From an uncultured Coriobacteriaceae bacterium (lineage in GTDB: Bacteria > Actinomycetota > Coriobacteriia > Coriobacteriales > Atopobiaceae): a stretch of 64,000 nt of DNA. The first letter of the stretch is position 1; every line of letters starts with the position of its first letter. The stretch lies in assembly GCA_902780305.1 (NCBI GenBank), contig CACZFB010000038.1:213-64212 (forward strand), in the 5' to 3' direction. The position numbers and the translations under genes were made by a program. The notes beneath the pieces are model-generated. The model did not search any database, had not been told where the DNA came from, and saw only the letters and a program-made list of their open reading frames with translations. Of the stretch, positions 45,801-53,900 are shown one piece after another.

Positions 45801-46103
45801 GCGGCGTTCCTGGCAGAGCATGGCATCCCCTGCACGGTAATCTTCAAGCAGCGCGAGGGTCGCCCCAACATTACCGACGCCATCGCCAACGGGCAGATTC
45901 AGCTGGTGGTGAACACGCCCAGCGGCGACGCGCACTCGGTGACGGACGGTTCCGACATCCGTCGCGCCGCCATTCGCGCGCACATCCCGTACATGACCAC
46001 CATGGCGGCCGCACATGCCTCCGCGGTGGGAATCGGCGTGACGGTGGCAGGCGAGGATTCCGGCGTCAACGCGCTGCAGGACATCCATGAGGCCATTCGG
46101 TAG
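42873..46103 (+). CDS. carB: Carbamoyl-phosphate synthase large subunit
   Basis: Trimmed to ATG 42873 behind [30 protein letters not shown]. Duplicated ATP-grasp halves. 1076 aa. Confidence 0.95.
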   Translation: [1076 protein letters not shown]

Positions 46104-46112
46104 GCGCTTCTG

Positions 46113-46177
46113 ATCAAAAAGGGGTAACCCCCATTGATGGCCGCTTGCGGCAATCAATGGGGGTTACCCCATTCGAT
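46113..46177. repeat. REP-like element, family A, inverted pair
   Basis: ATCAAAAAGGGGTAACCCCCATTGAT-GGCCGCTTGCGGCA-ATCAATGGGGGTTACCCCATTCGAT. Confidence 0.9.
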
Positions 46178-46216
46178 TGAAAAGACAGGCCGTGGTACGA
46201 CAAGGAGGAGAGGTAC

Positions 46217-48442
46217 ATGCACGGAAATCGTTTTCGCTTTTTAGCGCTCGTGTTGGTGCTGGCACTGGTTGCGCTTGTCCCGGCGACGGGGCTTGCCCAG
46301 GAGGAAGCTGGTGACGTTGGTTCGCAGGGTGCCGTGGTCGTGGAACAAATGGATGCCGCGCAGCCGGTCGGCGATGCGCAGCAGGAGGTGACGGCCGCTG
46401 CCGAGGCCCAGAATGCCGAGGACGCTGCCGTGGATGTTCAGGACGAATCCGTAGCGCAGGAGGGAAGCGAGCAGGCGTCCCAGGCACCAGACTCCGCGTC
46501 TTTGGAGACCCAGACGGGCGAGCCGGCGACAGATGCCCTGACCACGGCCGCACAGCAGACCGTGGGTGTTGTGTATCAGCCCTTCGTGCAGCGCAAGGGG
46601 TGGCAGGATCCGGTTGAGAACGGCACCACGGCAGGCACCACGGGATTGGGCCTGCGCATGGAGGCACTACGCGTTACCGTGTCGGGAATCGATGCCCACG
46701 TGGTGGCGAGGGCGCATGTTTCGCGCCTTGGGTGGCTTGACGAGGTGCGCGACGGGGAGCTGTGCGGGACGACCAACAGGGGCCTGCGCCTGGAGGCATT
46801 CGAGCTCTGGTTGGAAGGTCCCGACGCTGCATACTACGACATCGAGTACCGCGCCCACGTGCAGTCGATTGGCTGGCAGCCCTGGGTGCGCAACGGTTAC
46901 GAGGCGGGAACAACGGGCAAGGGCAAGCGCGTGGAGGCCGTGGAGATTCGCCTGGTGCGCCGAGAGGGCGCTCGCGTGTCGTATATGGCGCATGTCCAAC
47001 GCATAGGATGGCAGCATGAGGTGGACGGCGACGCCATCGCCGGCACGAGTGGCAAAAGCCTGCGCGTCGAGGCGCTCAGGATGCGCGTTGCAAACGGCGA
47101 GGGCATTGACGGTGGCATCGCCTACCAGGCTCATGTCCAGCGCAAGGGCTGGAGTGAGGTGGTAAGCGACGGTGCACAAGTGGGAACTACGGGAAGCGGC
47201 TTGCGCCTGGAGGCGCTGCGTGTCTGGCTTACCGGCGACTTTGCCAAGACGTACGACGTCTGGTATCGGGCACACGTGCAGCGTGTGGGCTGGACGGCGT
47301 GGGCGCACGACGGCGAGGACTGCGGCTCGTCTGGTCTTTCGCTGCGTATGGAGGCGGTCCAGGTCTGTCTGCTGCCCAAGGGGTCTACTGGCCCGTCAAG
47401 TGACGGTTCTGACGTAAGCGCTGCATGTGTCCATGCGACGAACCTCACCTACGCGACATACGTGCAGGGAAGTGGCTGGCAGCCGCAGGTGACGTCGGGC
47501 AAGACCTCGGGCACCGTTGGCAAGGGCCGCCGTATCGAGGGCCTGCAGCTCTTCCTTGATCCCGCAAGCGCCGACGGTGGCATCGAGTGCTGCAGCCACA
47601 TGCAGGGCACGGGCTGGCAGTCTTGGAGGGGCGTCGGTGATGCCTCGGGACTGCCTGGCGAGGGCAAGCGCCTGGAGGCGGTGCGCATTCGCCTCACCGG
47701 CTCGCTGTCCAAGGTATACGACGTGTGGTATCGACTGCACGTGTCGCAGTTCGGCTGGATGGGTTGGACCAGCAACGGAGCAATTGCAGGTACGTCGGAG
47801 CTTGGCCTGCGTGCCGAGGCCATTCAGATTCGCTTGGTGCGCAAGGGGAGCGCGGCACCCGGATCCACGACGCGGGCATACACCAACGTGCGCAAGCGCC
47901 CCCACATGGTGCTGATCGGCGATTCGAGGACCGTGGGCATGTACGAGGCCTTGTATGGCGGAATGTACGACAGCCTGTATACCACCGATCCCCAGGGTAA
48001 CGTGTGGGCTGGAAAAGTGGGTGTCGGCTACTCATGGATGGTATCTGAGGGCGTTCCCAGTGTGGAGAGCCGTATTGGCGCCGACACGTCGGTCGTCGTG
48101 CTGCTGGGCCTGAACGACGGCCCCTCCACGTCCACGTGGAGAAGCTACGTCTCGTATCTTAACGGCAAGGCGCGTGAGTGGACGGCGCGGGGAGCAAGCG
48201 TGTACTACTCTTCCATCACGCCCGTAGGTTATTATTCGGGCATGGATTCGGACGGCACGGACTCCAACAGCGGCAACATCTCGTCTTGGAACGCCGCCAT
48301 GAAAAGTGGGCTCTCGTCCAACGTTACCTATTTGGACACGTTCCACGCGATCATTGGCAACTATACGACTGCGGATGGCGTGCATTACGATGCCGGCACC
48401 TCGCGGCGCCTGTTCGAGTACATCCAAAACACCGTGGTGTAG
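46217..48442 (+). CDS. Secreted protein: signal peptide, acidic linker, nine ChW (clostridial hydrophobic W) repeats, C-terminal SGNH/GDSL-type hydrolase domain
   Basis: Nine repeats of Y(R/Q)AHVQ..GWQ.WV.NG..AGTTG.G.R.EA..I.L. C-terminus VLIGDSRTVG..LLGLNDG..DGVHYD. Confidence 0.85.
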   Translation: MHGNRFRFLALVLVLALVALVPATGLAQEEAGDVGSQGAVVVEQMDAAQPVGDAQQEVTAAAEAQNAEDAAVDVQDESVAQEGSEQASQAPDSASLETQTGEPATDALTTAAQQTVGVVYQPFVQRKGWQDPVENGTTAGTTGLGLRMEALRVTVSGIDAHVVARAHVSRLGWLDEVRDGELCGTTNRGLRLEAFELWLEGPDAAYYDIEYRAHVQSIGWQPWVRNGYEAGTTGKGKRVEAVEIRLVRREGARVSYMAHVQRIGWQHEVDGDAIAGTSGKSLRVEALRMRVANGEGIDGGIAYQAHVQRKGWSEVVSDGAQVGTTGSGLRLEALRVWLTGDFAKTYDVWYRAHVQRVGWTAWAHDGEDCGSSGLSLRMEAVQVCLLPKGSTGPSSDGSDVSAACVHATNLTYATYVQGSGWQPQVTSGKTSGTVGKGRRIEGLQLFLDPASADGGIECCSHMQGTGWQSWRGVGDASGLPGEGKRLEAVRIRLTGSLSKVYDVWYRLHVSQFGWMGWTSNGAIAGTSELGLRAEAIQIRLVRKGSAAPGSTTRAYTNVRKRPHMVLIGDSRTVGMYEALYGGMYDSLYTTDPQGNVWAGKVGVGYSWMVSEGVPSVESRIGADTSVVVLLGLNDGPSTSTWRSYVSYLNGKAREWTARGASVYYSSITPVGYYSGMDSDGTDSNSGNISSWNAAMKSGLSSNVTYLDTFHAIIGNYTTADGVHYDAGTSRRLFEYIQNTVV

Positions 48443-48522
48443 CGGATCGTTTCGCGGGGGTGCCGAGGTTTGCGAGGCCTTCTCACATGCGGCTCGGCAC
48501 CCCTTCGAGCGACTTGCGTCGT

Positions 48523-48851
48523 GTGGCAGGTCTCTGCCGGGATTCAAGGCCGTGGCAGGGTGGCGCGGGTACTCCTGCCGGGATTCAAGGCCGTGGCAGG
48601 GAATCTGTTGAGAATTGAATTCGTGGCACCAAAATCTGCTGAGAAGAGAAGTCGTGGCAGGGGGCGGGGGCGCATCTGCTGGGATTCAAGGCTGTGGCAA
48701 GGAATCTGCTAAGAAACGAAGCTGTGGCACGAAATCTGCTAAGAATCAAAGCCGTGGCGCCACGATAGTGAATCTCAGCAGAATCTGCGCCACGACAGCG
48801 AATCCGAGCAGGCGCGCCCCCGCCCCTCGCCACGACAGCGAATCCGAGCAG
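48523..48851. repeat. Array of degenerate ~30-bp units (GTGGCA.GGAATCTGCTGAGAA...) with mirror symmetry around CGTGGCGCCACG
   Basis: GTGGCA/GTGGCG motifs start at 48523, 48552, 48593, 48623, 48654, 48694, 48724 and 48754. Inverted units GCCACGACAGCGAATCCGAGCAG at 48789 and 48829. Confidence 0.85.
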
Positions 48852-48868
48852 ACGCGCCCGCCAACTGC

Positions 48869-49852
48869 TCATGCATCTTTGTAGCGGTCCAACGGGGGAA
48901 GCAATGCCTTTGTCAGCACGTGCTGCTTGGCAACGAAGCCCTCCGCCCTCATAATCCTTCTAATCCTATACAATTCACCGCTCACACCGCGCTCCATAAG
49001 CATCCTTGCGAGCTTCTCCGCGGTCCTATTGAGCTGCGTCACGTTCCTCACGTCGTCGTACATCAGGAGAACGGGCGAATACCCGGCGGTGGCGTAGTCC
49101 TGCAGTCGGTTTTTGTCCTCAACGCGGGCGTCCTTGGCCGCATGCTCTTGGTCCCCAAAGTACTCTCCCAGAAGTTGTTGATCCGGCCAATGCATGTCGG
49201 GGCGCAGCGATTTGTGGCGTAGCCGTCCCCTCACTTCGTCCGAGACCGCAAGCTGCTGGTTGAGCAGCGGCTTATGCAAAGACAGACCGGCAAGTCGTGG
49301 CGGCAGAAAGAGCCCCAAGTCGATGTAGGTTTCCATGGGGGATCCCGAGAAGTCCAGGGCGTACTTGGCTGCCCGACGCGCGCGCACCAACCCGAACGCA
49401 CTTTGCAAGTCCTTGAGCGCGTCGCATAACTCGGCCGGGGTCACGAATCGATTGCAGGTTCCCGGGGCATCGTAGTGGCAAATTCCCACACGGGGATTGC
49501 GTGGGTCGCGCGCGTAGCTGCCGCAGAATTCGCAGGCGAGTGCGATCAGGCGTAGCTGTGCCTCGAGGTCGCTGATTCTTTGTTCTGCGACGAGCTCGTT
49601 GAGTGCCTGTGCCATGCTCGCGAGGGCGAGCGGAGGCCCGTCCACGAACACGCGCGTTGCGGAATCCCAATGTAGCGGACTGGGCTCCTGTTTTGAGTCT
49701 TCCTCATCGGTTTGCCGTTGTGGTAGCTGCTTGAGCTCGAACACCGACTTGGGTGGAAGACCGGCTCTGAGCACATGGGCTTGCACGCCCGACAGCCGCC
49801 GGCGAGCGTTTGCACTACGGGAGAGCACGTTCAGCGGATTGCTTGTGCACAT
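48869..49852 (-). CDS. Hypothetical protein; the C-terminal ~100 aa resemble a DUF559/Vsr-like PD-(D/E)xK endonuclease fold
   Basis: ATG at 49850-49852. ..PDMHWPDQQLLGEYFGDQEHAAKDARVEDKNRLQDYATAGYSPVLLMYDDV.. The family call is tentative. Confidence 0.5.
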   Translation of the reverse strand: MCTSNPLNVLSRSANARRRLSGVQAHVLRAGLPPKSVFELKQLPQRQTDEEDSKQEPSPLHWDSATRVFVDGPPLALASMAQALNELVAEQRISDLEAQLRLIALACEFCGSYARDPRNPRVGICHYDAPGTCNRFVTPAELCDALKDLQSAFGLVRARRAAKYALDFSGSPMETYIDLGLFLPPRLAGLSLHKPLLNQQLAVSDEVRGRLRHKSLRPDMHWPDQQLLGEYFGDQEHAAKDARVEDKNRLQDYATAGYSPVLLMYDDVRNVTQLNRTAEKLARMLMERGVSGELYRIRRIMRAEGFVAKQHVLTKALLPPLDRYKDA

Positions 49853-50252
49853 GGGACACGTCTGCCTTGACGGCGGTCACGAGCTTCATTGCTCGTGCCG
49901 CCCTCAAGAGCATGAGTGCGTGACTACCCGTAATATGTATCTGCCTCGTATCCATACGCAAAGCATAGAGTACGGGCGATGGCTGTCTTGCGAGCATCTT
50001 GCTCCATGTCGCAGCAGTCTTACGCATACGTTGCACGTTTTGCCCGAATTCGTGCAAAGGCGCAGGTACATTGTGTGGAGTGCAAGCGAGAAGAGCCGCA
50101 TTTTGACCGTTCCGCCCTCTAAGTCGCCCGGTTTTGGCGAACCATGCGTCATCGTATGCAGCACATTGCCGAGTCCTGCGCATCTTTGCTGTACCTCTCG
50201 TCATTCGCGTGTGTATTCTGTGCCGCCGACTATTTTTTCTCACTTTGAGCAA
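49815..50252 (-). pseudogene. 145-aa ORF overlapping the start of the downstream hypothetical gene in another frame; possibly its detached N-terminal part (frameshift) or non-coding
   Basis: 38-nt overlap with 48869..49852. Composition appears more A+T-rich by eye (not counted). No recognisable domain. Confidence 0.25.
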
Positions 50253-50277
50253 TAATACACACAGTGAGTATTATTGC
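50245..50277 (+). promoter_or_regulatory. Promoter (TTGAGC-18 nt-TATTAT) overlapped by a perfect 10-bp inverted repeat; TetR operator candidate
   Basis: GCAATAATAC (50249-50258)-9 nt-GTATTATTGC (50268-50277), 21 nt upstream of the TetR start codon. Confidence 0.55.
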
Positions 50278-50298
50278 ACGCGATGAGAAGGAGCAGGC

Positions 50299-50970
50299 GT
50301 GACCACAGTCGATCGGCGAAGCCTCAGGACGCAGCAGGCGCTGCGTATGGCGTTGGCCGAGGAGATACATGAGGTGGGAGACCTCGCGCAGATTACCGTA
50401 ACGGGCGTCACCAAGCGCGCGAACGTAACCAGGCGCACCTTCTACTCCCACTACAAGGACATACCATCGTTGGTATGTGCGGTAGAGGACCAGACGGTCG
50501 CCGAGCTGGCGCCCTTGGTGCGCGACATCTCCAACGTAACGCTGCCTGAGCTCGAGCAGGCCATCCAGGGGTTCAATCCCTGCCCTGGCGCGGTGGACGT
50601 CCTGGCGTACTTCCGTGCGAACGGCCTCTTGCTGAGCGCGCTTCTGGGCGAGGGGGGAGACCCCGCCTTCGTCGAGAAGCTCAAGCACATGGTGCGCGAG
50701 GTGGTGGAGGACCGCGCGCGCGAGGGATTCTCGCCGCTCGTGGAGGCGGGGTTCGACTACTACCTTACCTATGCCATATCTGCCGAGGTGGGCGTGCTCG
50801 TACGCTGGCTCACCACGGGCATGGCCGAGAGCGACAGCCTTATGGCCCGCATAATGACGGCCCTTATGTTTGTGCGTCCGGGCGACTTGTACGGACGACC
50901 CATCCAGTTTAACGTGCCAGTTCTCTCCGCGTCCTTTGCAGAGAGGGGAAAGGAGCCCATCCATGGTTAG
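50299..50970 (+). CDS. TetR/AcrR-family transcriptional regulator
   Basis: GTG start behind GAAGGAG. HTH region ITVTGVTKRANVTRRTFYSHYKD. Confidence 0.85.
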   Translation: MTTVDRRSLRTQQALRMALAEEIHEVGDLAQITVTGVTKRANVTRRTFYSHYKDIPSLVCAVEDQTVAELAPLVRDISNVTLPELEQAIQGFNPCPGAVDVLAYFRANGLLLSALLGEGGDPAFVEKLKHMVREVVEDRAREGFSPLVEAGFDYYLTYAISAEVGVLVRWLTTGMAESDSLMARIMTALMFVRPGDLYGRPIQFNVPVLSASFAERGKEPIHG

Positions 50971-53900
50971 GACCAGCAGTTCTAACGCGGCGCAGAGCGC
51001 CGCCAAGCCCGCGGTCGCCCTCGTTGCCGACGGTGCCGAGCTCAAGCCGGCGCATCTTGTTGACTTTAGCCACGCGCACCTGCGCCTGGGCATCGACGTG
51101 GGTTCCACCACGGTGAAGCTCGCCGTTATCGACGCCAACAACAATCTGGTATATGCCAACTACGAGCGACATCACACCGACATCCGCGCGACGGCAAAGG
51201 AGCTGTTCGCCCGTGCGCGCAAGGTAATCGGCGACGCTCGGATGCGCGTCTCCATTACCGGTTCGGGCGGCATGCTGCTTGCCACGTGGCTCGGCCTTGA
51301 GTTCGTGCAGGAGGTCATTGCCAGCAAGCGTGCCGTGGAGACGTTGATTCCGCAAACGGACTGCGCCATCGAGCTGGGCGGCGAGGATGCCAAGATCATC
51401 TACTTTGACGCGGGCATCGAGCAGCGCATGAACGGCACGTGTGCCGGCGGCACGGGCGCCTTCATCGACCAGATGGCCTCCCTGCTCAAGACCGATGCAC
51501 CAGGCCTCAACGAGCTCGCCAAGAACGCCACGCACATCTATCCCATCGCGAGCCGCTGCGGCGTGTTTGCCAAGTCCGACGTGCAGCCGCTGCTCAACGA
51601 GGGTGCCGCGCCCGCCGACATCGCGGCCTCCATCTTCCAGGCCGTCGCCAACCAAACCGTTTCGGGCTTGGCGTGCGGCCATCCCATCCGCGGCTACGTA
51701 GCGTTTTTGGGTGGCCCGTTACAGTATCTCTCCGAGCTGCGCGAGCGCTTCTACCTTACCCTCAACTTGGACGAGGAGCATCGTATCGTTCCCCAAAACG
51801 CGCACCTCTTCGTTGCCACGGGCGCTGCGCTCGCGGGCGAGACCGACAAGAAGGTGAGCTTTGCGGAGGTCATCGACGCCCTCAATGCCCTTAAGGACAC
51901 GCAGGGTACCGAGGTTGCCCGACTTGCCCCGCTTTTTGCCACCAAGGAGGACTTGGACGCGTTCCACGAGCGCCACGACGCGCAGGTGGTCTCCAAGGGC
52001 GTGCTCGACAACTACCATGGTCGCGTGTTCATTGGCATCGATGCTGGCTCCACCACGCTCAAGGCCGCCGTGGTGGGCGAGGATGGCGAGCTGCTTTACA
52101 CTTGGTACGACGTGAACAACGGCGATGTGCTGGGAACTGCACGCGCCATTATGAACGACATCTACGACCACATGCCCGCAGACTGCGAGATTGGCCACGT
52201 CACCACCACAGGCTATGGCGAGGGCATCCTCATCGAGGCACTGCGCGCCGACTCGGGCGAGGTGGAGACCGTCGCGCACCTGCGTGGTGCCCAGGCGTTC
52301 GTACCCGACGTCGAGTTCATCCTGGACATCGGCGGTCAGGACATGAAGTGCCTTCAGGTGCGCGATGGCGTCATCGAGCACATCTCGCTCAACGAGGCCT
52401 GCTCATCGGGTTGCGGCTCGTTCGTGGCGAGCTTTGCCGACTCCATGGGCATGACCGTGCAGGAGTTCGCCCAGGCGGCCGTGGGCGGCGAGCGCCCCGT
52501 GGACCTGGGAAGTCGCTGCACGGTGTTTATGAACTCGCGGGTCAAGCAGGCGCAGAAGGAGGGGGCGACCATAGGCGACGTGGCTGCCGGCCTCTCGTAC
52601 TCCGTAATAAAGAACGCCCTGTTCAAGGTAATCAAGCTGCGCGACTACGAGGAGATCGGCAAGCACATCGTGGTGCAGGGCGGCACCTTTATGAGCGACG
52701 CGACCCTGCGCGCGTTCGAGCTGCTTACCGGTCGTGACGTCATTCGCCCCGACATCGCGGGCTCCATGGGCGCCTACGGTGCGGCGCTGCTCGCCCGCGA
52801 CCGTGCCGGACTCTCCGGCGTCTCCACGGTGCTGGACCGCAAGGCGCTCAACAGCCTGGAGGTCAAGCTCACCAAGGTGCATTGCGGACGCTGCTCCAAC
52901 AACTGTCTGCTCACCATCAACGACTTTGGTGGCGGCCATCGCTTTATTACCGGCAACCGCTGCGAGAAGGGCTCTGGCCGCAGCCGCGCGGGCAAGATCG
53001 AGGCACCCAACCTGTTTAAGGAGAAGAACGAGCTGCTCTTTGGCCGCAAGGGCATCGAGCCGCAGGATGCCCGTCGGGGCACCGTGGGCATTCCCCGCGC
53101 GCTCAACATGTACGAGAACTACCCCTTCTGGCACACCTTCTTTACCAAGCTTGGCTTTGCGGTGGTGCTCTCGGACCAGTCCACCAAGCAGACCTACGAG
53201 GCGGGCATCGAGTCGATGCCCAGCGAGTCGGTATGCTATCCGGCCAAGCTCAGCCACGGTCACATCATGAACCTCCTCGAGAAGGACGTGGACTTCATTT
53301 GGATGCCGTGCATCCGGTGGGAGCGTCAGGAGGACGAGAAGGCGACCAACCACTACAACTGCCCCATCGTGATGAGCTACCCGCAGGCGCTCGAGCTCAA
53401 CGTGGACGAGCTCAGCTCGGGTACGGTGGAGTACCTCGCACCGTTCCTGCCCTACGACGACAAGCGCGAGCTCAAGCGTCGCCTGTACGAGGTCGTCTCG
53501 GTCCAGCGCGAGCAGGACGCCAAGCAGGGCAAGGGCCGCTTCCACGGCGTCCACATTACCCGCAAGGAGATCGACGAGGCCGTGGACGCCGCCTGGCAGG
53601 AGGACATCGCGTTTAAGGACGCCATGCACCGGCGCGGCGACGAGGTACTGGCATGGATGGAGGAGCACGACAAGCACGGCATCGTTATTGCCGGCCGCCC
53701 GTACCACAACGATCCCGAGATCAACCATGCCATTCCCGAGCTCATCAACAGCTTTGGCTTTGCCGTCCTCACCGAGGACAGCGTGGCGCACAAGATGGAG
53801 CCCGAGCGTCCCATCCGCGTGGTGGACCAGTGGATGTACCACTCGCGTCTGTATCGCGCCGCCCGGTTCGTCTCGACGCGCAACGACCTGGACCTCATCC

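Noticed and set aside
48523-48851. CRISPR array.
   Set aside because: The repeat units abut one another, are degenerate, include inverted copies, and there are no unique spacers or cas genes in the window.
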